This document shows, piece after piece, positions 25,556-35,634 of a stretch of DNA of 64,000 nt. Source of the DNA: Dehalococcoidia bacterium (lineage in GTDB: Bacteria; Chloroflexota; Dehalococcoidia; UBA2979). Both the position numbers and the translations under genes were made by a program. The notes under the pieces were generated by a model that was given only the letters and a program-made list of their open reading frames with translations, had not been told where the DNA came from and made no database searches. Numbering within the stretch: position 1 is the first letter of the stretch; each line of letters opens with the position of its first letter. Where the stretch lies: contig OZ253555.1 in the NCBI GenBank assembly GCA_965262725.1, positions 3,488,001-3,552,000 of the forward strand. Reading direction: 5' to 3'.

Positions 25556-27267
25556 GCGTGGGGGCCGGGGGGCCCGGAGTCGACGCTGCCGAGAGCGTCG
25601 GGCTGGTGATCGGGACGGCGGGCCAGCCCGCGACGCCGCTCGGCTTCTGGATCTACGTCGACCCCGAGCGCACGCTGCAGCTCGACGACGTCGTCCACGT
25701 CGCCCACGAACTGCCCGGCGGCGGCCACGTCGACCTCTACGGCATCGTCGACGAGCTCACCGCCGTCCACGAGGGGGTCACCTTCGATTCCGACGTCCGG
25801 CTCGTCACCGACGGCGTGCTGCCGGCCGACACCGCCGTCACCGCGCACGTCGCCGTCACGCGCGTCGCGCCCGAAATCTACACGCCTCCCCTCCCCGGCC
25901 GCGTGGCGAACCGCGCTCGCGGCGCGACCCGCGACCGCGCGCTCTCCTTCGACCGCATGGAGCAGCATCTCCCCCTCGGCCTCTCCCGCGGCGGGGAGCC
26001 GATCGTCGGAAATCTCGCCTTCCTGGACGGACGCCGCGGCGCCCACGTCAACATCTCCGGCGTCTCCGGGGTCGCCACGAAGACCTCCTACGCCGTCTTC
26101 CTCCTGCACGCGCTCTTCTCAGGCGACGTGCTTGGCGCGCTCGCCCCCAACGCCCGCGCCCTCATCTTCAACGTGAAGGGGGAAGATCTCCTCTTCCTCG
26201 ACCGCCCGGGGCCGGACCTCGACGCCGACGACCGGGCGCGCTACGCAGCTCTCGGCCTCCCCGCCGAGCCCTTCTCCTCCGTCGCCTTCTACGCGCCGGC
26301 GCGACGCGGCGAGCACCCGATCCCCGACACCGGATCGCGGCTCGCGGGGGTGACCGGCTTCTTCTGGACGCTGCGCGAGTTCTGCGCCCGCCGGCAGCTG
26401 CGCTTCCTCTTCACCGATGCCGACGACGAGCGGACCCAGCTCGGCACCGTGATCGACGCGGTCGAGCGCCAGCTCGCGCTCGCGGCCCGGCTCTCGCTCC
26501 CCGTGGAGGCGCCGGACGTCGAGATCGGCGGCGAGCGCATCCGCGACTTCGAGGCGCTGGTCGAGGCGATCTCGCGGCAGACCGACGAGGCCGAGGGCGG
26601 GACGTGGGCCAGGCGGGCCGCCCCCGCGACGGTCCAGGCTTTCCTGCGGCGCCTTGAGGCGGCGATCCCGCACGTCGGCCACCTGCTCAGGGGAGCGGGC
26701 GAGGCGGATCCCGAGCGCCACCTCATTGACTGGTCGCGGGAGCAGGTCACGGTGGTCGACCTGCACCGGCTGCACGACCGGGCACAGCGCTTCGTCGTCG
26801 GGGCGCTCCTCGCCGACGTGCTCGAGGTGCGCGAGCAGCTCAGCGCGGCGGGGGGCGCCGCGCCCGTGTTCGTCGTGCTCGACGAGCTCAATAAGTACGC
26901 ACCGCGCGAGGGGCGCAGCCCCATCAAGGAGCGGATACTCGACATCGCCGAGCGCGGGCGATCGCTGGGGATGATCCTGATCGGCGCGCAGCAGACCGCC
27001 TCCGAGGTCGAGCCGCGCGTCGTGGCGAACTGCGCGTTCCGCGTGGTCGGACGTCTCGACGCGGCCGAGGCTCAGCGCAGCGAGTACGGGTTCCTGACGC
27101 AGGCGGCGCGCGCGCGCGCCCACCTGCTCACGCCCGGCACGATGATCGTGCAGCAGCCGGAAATCCCGGTCCCGCTGCTGCTGCAGTTCCCGCGGCCGGC
27201 ATGGGCGACGCGCCCCTCCGAGGCGGCGTCCCCCGCCCAGGACCCTTTCGCGCGCTTCGCCACGTAA
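25552..27267 (+). CDS. herA: HerA/FtsK-family ATPase
   Basis: N-terminal HAS-like barrel, HVNISGVSGVATKTS variant Walker A, IFNVKGEDL, VVLDELNKYAP, ERGRSLG, GAQQ. Confidence 0.85.
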   Translation: MSVGAGGPGVDAAESVGLVIGTAGQPATPLGFWIYVDPERTLQLDDVVHVAHELPGGGHVDLYGIVDELTAVHEGVTFDSDVRLVTDGVLPADTAVTAHVAVTRVAPEIYTPPLPGRVANRARGATRDRALSFDRMEQHLPLGLSRGGEPIVGNLAFLDGRRGAHVNISGVSGVATKTSYAVFLLHALFSGDVLGALAPNARALIFNVKGEDLLFLDRPGPDLDADDRARYAALGLPAEPFSSVAFYAPARRGEHPIPDTGSRLAGVTGFFWTLREFCARRQLRFLFTDADDERTQLGTVIDAVERQLALAARLSLPVEAPDVEIGGERIRDFEALVEAISRQTDEAEGGTWARRAAPATVQAFLRRLEAAIPHVGHLLRGAGEADPERHLIDWSREQVTVVDLHRLHDRAQRFVVGALLADVLEVREQLSAAGGAAPVFVVLDELNKYAPREGRSPIKERILDIAERGRSLGMILIGAQQTASEVEPRVVANCAFRVVGRLDAAEAQRSEYGFLTQAARARAHLLTPGTMIVQQPEIPVPLLLQFPRPAWATRPSEAASPAQDPFARFAT

Positions 27268-27302
27268 AGCCGCCCGGCCGGGGCGCGAGCGGGAGGAGCT
27301 AC

Positions 27303-28466
27303 ATGCGCGTCCTGCACACCGCCGACTGGCACCTCGGCCGCACCATCCGCGGCCGCAGCCGCGCCGTCGAGTTCGAGGCCGTGCTCGGCGAGATCGTCGA
27401 GATTGCCAGAGCCGAGCGCGTGGACCTGCTGCTCGTCTGCGGCGACATCTGGGACGCGGCCTCCCCCTCGCCCGAGTCGGACAAGCTGCTCTTCGAGACG
27501 CTGCGCAGCCTGATCGAAGCCAGAGTCCAGGTCGTGCTGCTCGCCGGGAACCACGACTCCGCGCGCAAGCTCGAGGCGGTGGGGCGGCTCTCCGACCTGC
27601 TCGGCGTGTATACCCAGCACCAGGTGTGCCGCCCGGAGGAGGGGGGCGTGCTGACCCTCCGCGCCGGCTCCGAGATCGCCCGCATCGCCGCCGTCCCCTG
27701 GATCCAGGAGAGGCACCTCGTCGGCGCCAAGGAGGTGTTCGACCTCTCCCCGGAGGAGACCTTCGCCGGCTACGCACAGAGCTGCGGCGACATCTACCGT
27801 GCGCTCTGCTCGGGCTTCACGCCCGAGACGGTGAACCTCTTCGCCGGGCACCTCTTCGTCGACGGGTCGCGGGTGGCCTTGATCGACGGCTCGGAGCGGC
27901 GCCTGCACATCGGGCAGAGCTACGGCGTCCCGCCCGGCATGCTGCCGGGGACGCCCCAGTACATCGCGCTCGGCCACGTCCACGAGCCGCAGGAGCTCAG
28001 AAGCACGGCCGCCCCCGCCGCCTACGCCGGATCGCTGCTGCAGCTCGACTTCGGCGAGCGGGGACAGCAGAAGGTCGTGCGCCTCATCGAGGTGACCGCG
28101 GGCGCGCCCGCCCGGCAGCGCGCGATTCCCCTCAGCTCCGGGCGGTCGCTGATCGAGCTGCGGGGACGCCTCCCCGAGGTGCTCGCGCGCGCCGCCGAGG
28201 CGGCCGGGAGCTACGCACGCGTGGTTGTCGAGGTCGAGCGCCCCGAGCCGGGCCTCGCGGCGCGGGTGCGGGAGGAGATCCCCACCGCCGTCGACGTCCG
28301 GCTCGAGTACGAGCACGAGCGCGCTCTCCCCGAGCCGGAGCTGGCGAGGCTCGCGCCCCGCGAGCTCTTCGTGCGCTACTACGCGGCTCAACACGGCGCG
28401 GCGCCAGCCGGGGAGCTGACGGCGCTCTTCGACGAGCTCATCGAGCAAGCAGCGGACGCCCCGTGA
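27303..28466 (+). CDS. sbcD: SbcD/Mre11 nuclease
   Basis: LHTADWHLG, CGDIWD, AGNHDS, GHLF, YIALGHVH, YAGS..DFGE. Confidence 0.95.
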   Translation: MRVLHTADWHLGRTIRGRSRAVEFEAVLGEIVEIARAERVDLLLVCGDIWDAASPSPESDKLLFETLRSLIEARVQVVLLAGNHDSARKLEAVGRLSDLLGVYTQHQVCRPEEGGVLTLRAGSEIARIAAVPWIQERHLVGAKEVFDLSPEETFAGYAQSCGDIYRALCSGFTPETVNLFAGHLFVDGSRVALIDGSERRLHIGQSYGVPPGMLPGTPQYIALGHVHEPQELRSTAAPAAYAGSLLQLDFGERGQQKVVRLIEVTAGAPARQRAIPLSSGRSLIELRGRLPEVLARAAEAAGSYARVVVEVERPEPGLAARVREEIPTAVDVRLEYEHERALPEPELARLAPRELFVRYYAAQHGAAPAGELTALFDELIEQAADAP

Positions 28467-31400
28467 GACCGCTCCGGCTCGAGCTCCGCGGCTTCACGGC
28501 CTTCCGTGAGGCGGTCGCCGTCGACTTCTCGGGACGGGAGCTCTTCGCGATCACGGGACCGACCGGCGCGGGCAAGTCGTCGCTGCTCGACGCGATGACG
28601 TGGGCGCTCTACGGACAGGTGCCGCGCGTCGGGCGGGCGACGCGGCAGCTCCTCGCGCACGGCGAGCAGTCGATGTCGGCACGCCTCGACTTCACGGCCC
28701 GCGGCAAACGCTACCGTGTCACACGGCGCGCGCCCGCCTCCGTCGGCACCCGCCTCGAGGAGCTGCTCCCCGACGGGGAGTCGCGGCCCCTCGCCGATCG
28801 CGCCTCCGATGTGACCGAGCAGGTTACTTCCCTGCTCGGGCTCGACTACGCCACCTTCACGAAGACCGTCTTGCTGCCGCAGGGGGCGTTCGATTCCTTC
28901 CTGCGGGGCGACGACCAGCAGCGCCGCGCGATCCTGACGCGGCTGCTCGGCCTCGGCACCTACCAGGAGGCGGGGCGGCTCGCCCGGGCCAGATCCCAGC
29001 GCGCCGCCGCGGCCGCGGCGCTCCTCAGCGGGGAGGTCGAGCGGCGGCCGCTCGCCGCGCCCGAGGCCCGGGCCGCCCTCGACGAACGCTACGTGCGGGC
29101 CCGGGAGCACCATCAGGCGCTGGAGACGCGGCGCGGACGGATCGCCGAGCTCTCCGGGCTCGCCGCAGCGCTCGAGCGCGCACGCGCCGCCGAGGCGCAG
29201 CTCGCCGCCTCCGCCTCGAGTTCGGCGCACCGCGCCGCGGAGGCCTCGGAGAGCCTCGCTCAGACCCGGCGCGAGCGCGAGGCGGCCCAGGCGGAGTTCC
29301 TCCGCGTCGAGCAGGCGCGAACAGCCATCGAGCACGACCCGGAGGAGCGCGCACGTCTCACCCGCGAACTGGAGCGAGCCGCGCTGCGCGAGGCGGCCCG
29401 AGCCGCGCTCGTTCGCGCCCGCTCCGAGCTCGAGGGCGCCGCCGCCTCCGAGCGCGATGCCGTCCTCGCCGCCGAGGTCGCTCGGGCGGAGGCGCGCGCC
29501 CGCGGCGAGAGCGCGGCCGCCGCCTCAAGCCGGCTCGAGGCGGCCCGAGCTCAGCTCGCCCGCGCGGCGGCCGCGGGCCGCCTCGCCGCACTCCGGCTCG
29601 CCCGCGAGGCGGGCGAGCGAGAACGCGTCGAGCGCGAGGCGGAGCGCGACGCCGAGCGGGAGGAGCGGCGCGGCGCGGCGCTCGATGGCGTAGCGAGCCG
29701 CCTGGCGGCCGCGCTCGCCCGGCGCGACGCCGCCCGGGAGGAGGCCGGGGCCGCAGCGGAGCGCGCGCGCGAGGCGGCGGAGGCCGCGGCCGGGGCGCGC
29801 CTGGCGCTCGCCCAGGCGGAGAGCGCCCACGGCGAGATGCGGGCGGCGCGGGAGGCGGCGCACCGCGAGCACGCCGCCGACGCGCTCCGGCAGGGGCTCG
29901 CGCCGGGCGACCCGTGCCCGGTCTGCGGCGAGCCGGTCGGGGCGCTCCCTCAGGGGAAGGCGCCCGACCTCAACGCCACCGAGCGGGCCGAGGAGGCGGC
30001 GGAGCGCTCGCTCGCGGAGGCCCGTCAAGAGTCGGAGTGGCGCTCGGCCCTCGAGCTGCGCGCGGCCGACCGGGCCGAGAGCGCCCGCGAGGCGCTCGCA
30101 GGTGGCGAGCACGCGCTCGACGCTCTCGACGCGGAGATGGCCGAGGCCGGGAGCGCGCGCGCGACGCTCTCTTCCGACGCTGCGCGCGCGCGCGACGCCG
30201 TCCTCGCGCTCCGGGCGGAGGCGGCCGTGGCTGCCTCCGAGCTCGGGACTATCCGCGACGAGGAGCGCGCACTCTCCGCGCTGGTGGAGCGGGCGGGAGC
30301 CGCCGTCGGCGTCGCTCCGCCCGACGGCGACGCCGACGGCGTGCCCCCCGCCGAAGCCGCCGAAGCGCTTCGCGAGGGGCTCTCAGGACACGGCCCGGCC
30401 GCGGAGGTGTCCGGGCGCGCCGACGCCGCGCTTCGCGACGCGACCGAGCGCGAGCGCTTCCAGGCCGCGGAGGCACGCGCGCGCTCCGAGCTCCGCCTGC
30501 GGGTCGAGCGGAACGCGGACGAGGCGAGGGAGCGGCTGGGGGCGCTCGCCCCGGGGGCTGACCCGCAGGCGGCCGCCGCCGACATCGGGGCGCTCCGGGC
30601 GCGCATCGCAGATCTCGAGGACGCGGAGCGACGCGCCGCCGCGCTCGAGCGCGACGCACGCGAGGCCGAGTCCGCCGCCGCCACGCAGGCGGCCCGCGAG
30701 GAGGAGCGGACCGCCGAGGAGGAGCGCCTCCGCACCGAGGCCGCCCGCTCCCGCGCCGAGGCCCGCGCGGGAGCCGAGCGCGCGGCGGAGGCGGAGCGGG
30801 TGCTGCTCGCGCTCGGGCGGACGCTCGTCGACGACGCGGCGGCAGGCGGAGCGGCGAGCGCGACGGGGACCGGCCTGGACGCCGCCGCCCTCACGGCGCT
30901 GCTCGATGACGAATACCGGGCGCGCGAGCAGGCGGCCGCCGAGCTCGCCGAGGCGCAGACGCTGCTGCAGCAGGCGAGGCGCGATGCCGAGGAGGCGCAG
31001 CGACTTCAGGGCGAGGTGACAGCCCACCGGGGCAGCGCGGCGCTCGCCGGGGCGCTGGAGCAGGAGCTCCGCGGCAACCGCTTCATTGCCTACGTGCAGC
31101 GCGAGGCGATGGCGGTGCTCGCGACCGACGCCGGCTCGCGGCTCGAGCAGCTCACGTCGGGCCGCTACCGGCTGATCTCCGCCGACGACGCCTTCACCAT
31201 CGTCGACCACCACAACGGCGACGAGGAGCGCTCCGTGCGAACGCTCTCCGGCGGCGAGACCTTTCTCGCGAGCCTCGCTCTCGCCCTCGCTCTCGCCGAG
31301 CGCCTCCCCGAGCTCGCGGGGACGGGCGCCGCCGTCTCGCTGGAGTCACTCTTCCTCGACGAGGGCTTCGGCGCGCTGGACTCGGAGTCGCTCGACCTCG

Positions 31401-31540
31401 CGGTGCAGGGGCTCGAGACGCTCGCGGGGGGGGAGCGCATGATCGGCGTCGTCTCCCACGTCCCGGAGATCGCCGAGCGCCTCCCCGACCGCATCGAGGT
31501 GGTGCCGGGGATTCACGGGAGCGCGATCGCGTCAGGCTAG
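28463..31540 (+). CDS. sbcC: SbcC/Rad50 SMC-like ATPase
   Basis: GPTGAGKSS, LPQGAF, coiled coil with CPVC zinc hook, LSGGETF, FLDEGFGALD, VSH. Confidence 0.95.
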   Translation: MRPLRLELRGFTAFREAVAVDFSGRELFAITGPTGAGKSSLLDAMTWALYGQVPRVGRATRQLLAHGEQSMSARLDFTARGKRYRVTRRAPASVGTRLEELLPDGESRPLADRASDVTEQVTSLLGLDYATFTKTVLLPQGAFDSFLRGDDQQRRAILTRLLGLGTYQEAGRLARARSQRAAAAAALLSGEVERRPLAAPEARAALDERYVRAREHHQALETRRGRIAELSGLAAALERARAAEAQLAASASSSAHRAAEASESLAQTRREREAAQAEFLRVEQARTAIEHDPEERARLTRELERAALREAARAALVRARSELEGAAASERDAVLAAEVARAEARARGESAAAASSRLEAARAQLARAAAAGRLAALRLAREAGERERVEREAERDAEREERRGAALDGVASRLAAALARRDAAREEAGAAAERAREAAEAAAGARLALAQAESAHGEMRAAREAAHREHAADALRQGLAPGDPCPVCGEPVGALPQGKAPDLNATERAEEAAERSLAEARQESEWRSALELRAADRAESAREALAGGEHALDALDAEMAEAGSARATLSSDAARARDAVLALRAEAAVAASELGTIRDEERALSALVERAGAAVGVAPPDGDADGVPPAEAAEALREGLSGHGPAAEVSGRADAALRDATERERFQAAEARARSELRLRVERNADEARERLGALAPGADPQAAAADIGALRARIADLEDAERRAAALERDAREAESAAATQAAREEERTAEEERLRTEAARSRAEARAGAERAAEAERVLLALGRTLVDDAAAGGAASATGTGLDAAALTALLDDEYRAREQAAAELAEAQTLLQQARRDAEEAQRLQGEVTAHRGSAALAGALEQELRGNRFIAYVQREAMAVLATDAGSRLEQLTSGRYRLISADDAFTIVDHHNGDEERSVRTLSGGETFLASLALALALAERLPELAGTGAAVSLESLFLDEGFGALDSESLDLAVQGLETLAGGERMIGVVSHVPEIAERLPDRIEVVPGIHGSAIASG

Positions 31541-31902
31541 CCTCGCCGCCCCCTGGCGGCCACGCGGCTCAACAGGGGCTGCGCGGCGAGCGAGACAAGC
31601 GAGACGACGAGCGCCCCGCCCACCGCCGACCAGAAGCCCTCGATGCGGAGGTTCAGCCCGAGCTGGCCCGAGAGCCACGCCGTGACCGCGAGCATCGCCG
31701 CGTTCACGACGACGAAAAAGAGCCCGAACGAAAGCACGATGAGACAGCACGAGGCGGCGGCGGCGAGCGGCTTGAGCAGCGCGTCGACGAGTGCCAGGAG
31801 CGCCGCTCCCGCGACCACCGATTGCCAGTCCGAGACCGCGAACCCGGGGACGATCGCGCTCGCCGCCACGAGCCCGGCCGCGTTCACGGCGAGCCGGGCC
31901 AC
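31537..31902 (-). CDS. four-TM membrane protein (YvlD/DUF360 'phage holin IV' family)
   Basis: LAVNAAGL...VPGF...LVDALLKPL...SFGLFFVVVNAAML...GFWSAVGGALVVS; start uncertain. Confidence 0.75.
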   Translation of the reverse strand: MARLAVNAAGLVAASAIVPGFAVSDWQSVVAGAALLALVDALLKPLAAAASCCLIVLSFGLFFVVVNAAMLAVTAWLSGQLGLNLRIEGFWSAVGGALVVSLVSLAAQPLLSRVAARGRRG

Positions 31903-32064
31903 CAGTCCCGCCGGGGAGCGGTCGGGTCCCTCGTAGCGAACGGTGACGACGCGACCACGGATCGGCCAGCCCCTCTCCCGTCGGCGGGCGCCACGGCGCC
32001 GCGCCGCGGAGCACCGTACACTCTTCCGACGCACACCCCGGAGCTCTCGCGAGGGGAGGCCACC

Positions 32065-32847
32065 GTGGCCTACGAGTTCGCCACCTACGAGCGCCGGCCA
32101 GCCGAGCACGTCGCGATCGTCACCATGAACCGGCCCGAGTCGATGAACGCGCTGCACAATCCCGCCTCGCAGGAGATGGCCGCGATCTGGGACGACTTCG
32201 CAGCCGACCCGGAGCTCTGGGTCGCCATCCTGACCGGCGCCGGGGAGCGGGCGTTCTCGGCCGGGATGGACCTGAAGTGGCGGAGGGGCGAGGGCGATCC
32301 CGACCGACCGGAGTCGGGGTGGGGTGGGCTCCTGACCAGGTTCGACCTGCAGAAGCCGATCATCGCCGCGGTCAACGGCTGGGCGATGGGCGGCGGACTC
32401 GAGATCGCGCTCGCCTGCGACCTGGCCATCGCCGCCGAGCACGCGCAACTCGGGCTGCCGGAGGTGCGCGTCGGCACGATCGGCTCGGACTCGGGGGGCA
32501 TACACCGGCTGCCGCGCCAGATCCCGCAGAAGATTGCCCTCGCGATGATCCTCACCGGCCGCCCCATCAGCGCTCAGGAGGCGCACCGCATCGGACTCGT
32601 CAACGAGGTGGTGCCGGCCGACCAGCTGATCCCCGCCGCGCTGCGCTGGGCCGGCTGGATCGTGGAGGCGGCGCCGCTCGCCGTTCGCGGCGCGAAGGAG
32701 GCGGCCTTCGCCGGTCTCGACCTCCCGCTCCCTGCCGCCATCCTGCGCCGCTACCACGGCGTCGACCGTAACCGCGCCTCCGCCGACCAGGAGGAGGGCC
32801 GGCGCGCCTTCCAGGAGAAGCGCCCTCCCCGCTGGAGCGGCCGCTAA
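32065..32847 (+). CDS. enoyl-CoA hydratase/isomerase
   Basis: MNRPESMNAL, AFSAGMDLK, KPIIAAVNG.AMGGGLEIALACD, GLPEV. Confidence 0.93.
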   Translation: MAYEFATYERRPAEHVAIVTMNRPESMNALHNPASQEMAAIWDDFAADPELWVAILTGAGERAFSAGMDLKWRRGEGDPDRPESGWGGLLTRFDLQKPIIAAVNGWAMGGGLEIALACDLAIAAEHAQLGLPEVRVGTIGSDSGGIHRLPRQIPQKIALAMILTGRPISAQEAHRIGLVNEVVPADQLIPAALRWAGWIVEAAPLAVRGAKEAAFAGLDLPLPAAILRRYHGVDRNRASADQEEGRRAFQEKRPPRWSGR

Positions 32848-32850
32848 GGC

Positions 32851-33378
32851 GTGGCGGCGGATCACGGCCCGGGCGGCGCTCGCGACCGGGAGCGCGCGGC
32901 TCGAGCGCGCCTCGCCGAGGCGATGGCGGCTCACAGCCGGGGCGCGATCGATGAAGCACTCGCCCTAGCGAGCGAGGCGACCGAGCTCTGCCCGAGCCTT
33001 GCCGCCGCGCACGCCTACATCGGCAACACGCTCGTCACCAGGCGCCGCCGCTTCGCAGACGGCCTCGCCGCGCTCGAGCGGGCCACGACGCTCGCTCCCG
33101 ACGACGCCACGACCTGGTACACGCTCGGCTGGTGCCGCGAGTACGCAGCGCACGCGATGGGTCGCGGACGCGGGCGCTACCAGGCCGCTGCAGGCGACGT
33201 CCCGGAGCTCTACCGCCAGGCGCGCGACGCCCTCATGCTCGCGCGGACGCTCGATCCCGACGACGCGCTCCGCGGGGATATCGAGGACATGCTTGACGTG
33301 ATCGCCTCCGCCACCGGCGAGCCGTGGGATATGGAGCCGGTCGAGCGCGCGGCGCCGAGAGCCCGGGGCCCGCGCTAG
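32851..33378 (+). CDS. TPR-repeat protein
   Basis: Helical TPR-like units (AHAYIG, LAPDDATTWYTLG). Confidence 0.65.
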   Translation: MAADHGPGGARDRERAARARLAEAMAAHSRGAIDEALALASEATELCPSLAAAHAYIGNTLVTRRRRFADGLAALERATTLAPDDATTWYTLGWCREYAAHAMGRGRGRYQAAAGDVPELYRQARDALMLARTLDPDDALRGDIEDMLDVIASATGEPWDMEPVERAAPRARGPR

Positions 33379-33408
33379 GCGCGCGGCGGGGAGAGGGCGG
33401 CACCCCGA

Positions 33409-34206
33409 TCAGAAGAGCTCGGCCTCCGAGCCAAGCCACTGCCGGATGAGCCGGTTCAGCGATCCGTCCTCCTTCATGGAGGCGAGGGCGCGTTCGAGCC
33501 TCTCCCGCAGGCCGGCATCGCCCTCGCGCACGCCGATGCCGATACCGGAGTCCAGCGCCACGCGGGGCCCGACGATCGCCAGCACACCGCCGCTCCCTCC
33601 GACGCTCTCCCGCGCGAAGGCGAGGTCCACCAGCGCGGCATCCACCTCGCCGCTCGCGACCGCGTCGAGAAGGTCGGACGGGAGCTCGTACTCCACCAGC
33701 GTCCTGCCCGCCTCCGAGAGGTACTCCGAATGGACGGTGGACGCCTGCGCCGCGACCGTCCCGGCAGCCACGTCGTCGCCCGCGCCGACCACAGCGAGAT
33801 AGACCGAGGGCGCGGGCGGCACGTACGGCTGCGTGAAGTCGATGGTCTCGTCCCGCTCCTCGGTGATGCTCATGCCGGCCAGAATCGCGTCGATCTCTGC
33901 CCCGGTGAGCGCGGGAATCAGACGCTCCCACTCCGTGATCACCCACGAGCATTCGAGGCCGGCTCTCCGGCACAGCTCGTCGCCCAGCTCCCGCTCGAAG
34001 CCGTCGACCTCTCCGCTCTCGTCGATGAAGTTGAAGGGAGGGTAGGTCCCGTCCGTCCCGATCCGGAGGGGATCCGAATCGCCCGCACGGGCCAGGAGCG
34101 CCGCGGATAGAATGGCCAGGGCGAGGATCGCCGCCCCCGCAAGCACGATCCGGCGGCGCCCGCCGCCGGCTGGCGGACCCGCGGCAACGCGCCGCGCGGC
34201 GTTCAC
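33409..34206 (-). CDS. polar amino-acid ABC transporter substrate-binding protein
   Basis: Signal peptide, GTDGTYPPFNF, GFERELG, GMSITEER, IDFTQPY. Confidence 0.9.
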   Translation of the reverse strand: MNAARRVAAGPPAGGGRRRIVLAGAAILALAILSAALLARAGDSDPLRIGTDGTYPPFNFIDESGEVDGFERELGDELCRRAGLECSWVITEWERLIPALTGAEIDAILAGMSITEERDETIDFTQPYVPPAPSVYLAVVGAGDDVAAGTVAAQASTVHSEYLSEAGRTLVEYELPSDLLDAVASGEVDAALVDLAFARESVGGSGGVLAIVGPRVALDSGIGIGVREGDAGLRERLERALASMKEDGSLNRLIRQWLGSEAELF

Positions 34207-34349
34207 CCGACCCCCTGGCCGCCGGCGGCCGGTCCGCCGCATACCATCACCCCTGCGGGAGCGCTCACCGGCACCGGAGCGGGCATACCATGCCTCCCGA
34301 CGGCAACCACCCGGTGAAAGTACACCGCGCCGCGGACGGAGACCAGACC

Positions 34350-35177
34350 GTGCCCTACCTCGACGGCAACGGCGGATTCCGGCTCTACTACGAGGCGCAC
34401 GGCGGCGGAACGGCCGTGCTCTTCGCGCACGGCGCCGGCGGCAACGGGCTCTCCTGGTGGCAGCAGGTGCCGTCCTTCCGGGAGCGCTACCGCGCCATCA
34501 CCTTCGACCATCGCGCCTTCGGCCGCTCGCCCGACATCGAGGGTGGACCCGGACGCCGGGCCTTCGCCGAGGACGCGCGCGCCCTGCTCGATCACCTCGG
34601 CGTGGACCGGATGCACCTGGTGGCGCAGTCGATGGGCGGGCGCACCGCTATCGGTCTCCTCCGGCTGGTCCGGGAGCGCTTTGCCTCGATCGTCTTCTCC
34701 GGCACCTCGGGGGGCTGCGTCGACGACCGCTACCGGGCACGCAAGGCCGAGCTCGAGGCGGCGGGCGTTCTCCGCGGCCCTCTGCTCGGTCGCGCGCTCG
34801 GCGGGGACTTCGCCGAGCGCCAGCCGGAGCGTGCCTTCCTCTACCGACAGCTGCGCTCCGTCAATCCCCCGCGCCCCCGCGATTTCCTCGCGCCGGATCC
34901 GCGCCTCCGCTCCTACCGCGGCTCGACGGCGCCGCGCCTCATCGAGAGCGGGCTGCCGCTCCTGTGGATCGTCGGCGAGCACGACCGGGTCGTCGCACCG
35001 GAGTTGATCCGCATCTCGCACGAGCTCACGCCGGGATCGCGTTTCGCCGAGATCGCAGGGACCGGGCACTCCGCCTACTTCGAGCGGCCCGACGCGTGGA
35101 ACGAGGCGGTGCTCGACTTCATCGACGGGATCGAGAACGGGCGAGTCGCCGCGACCGACCGTGTGGCCTCCCCGTAG
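34350..35177 (+). CDS. alpha/beta hydrolase with canonical Ser
   Basis: FAHGAGGN, DHRAFGRS, AQSMGG, GEHD, GHSAYFE. Confidence 0.9.
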   Translation: MPYLDGNGGFRLYYEAHGGGTAVLFAHGAGGNGLSWWQQVPSFRERYRAITFDHRAFGRSPDIEGGPGRRAFAEDARALLDHLGVDRMHLVAQSMGGRTAIGLLRLVRERFASIVFSGTSGGCVDDRYRARKAELEAAGVLRGPLLGRALGGDFAERQPERAFLYRQLRSVNPPRPRDFLAPDPRLRSYRGSTAPRLIESGLPLLWIVGEHDRVVAPELIRISHELTPGSRFAEIAGTGHSAYFERPDAWNEAVLDFIDGIENGRVAATDRVASP

Positions 35178-35216
35178 CGAGGGAACCGACCCGCCTCAGG
35201 CCGAGCGCGGAGCGGC

Positions 35217-35498
35217 TCAGCCCGCCCGCTCCTCGATCGCGCGGGCGAGCGCGAGATCCCGCTCGGTGATCCCCCCGGCATCGTGGGTGGAGAGCTCGAC
35301 GCGGACGCGGTTGTAGGTGTTGGTGAGGGTCGGGTGGTGGTTCGCCCGCTCGGCGAGCGCGCCTACCTGCGCGATCAGCCCGAGTGCCGCCACGAAGTCG
35401 CCGAGCTCGTACTCGCGCACGATCGACTCACCCTCGCGCCGCCACCCGGGAAGCGAGTCGAGCCGGTGCGCGATCTCGGCATCGTCCAGAGTCGCCAT
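35217..35498 (-). CDS. phhB: pterin-4-alpha-carbinolamine dehydratase
   Basis: AERANHHP, YNRV, THDAGGITERD. Confidence 0.92.
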   Translation of the reverse strand: MATLDDAEIAHRLDSLPGWRREGESIVREYELGDFVAALGLIAQVGALAERANHHPTLTNTYNRVRVELSTHDAGGITERDLALARAIEERAG

Positions 35499-35634
35499 CG
35501 GCCCCCCCTGACCCGCGCGACGACGTTCGCCCCGCCGCCACCGTGAGAAGATAGCGCGGACGCGGGCGCGGCGGCGCCTCCCGCGCAGAGGGTGGCGGGG
35601 GACGGCGAGGCCGTCACCGACCACGGAGGTCACC

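Noticed and set aside
31537-31902. 'Holin' as evidence of a prophage
   Set aside because: Widespread chromosomal membrane family; no phage genes nearby.
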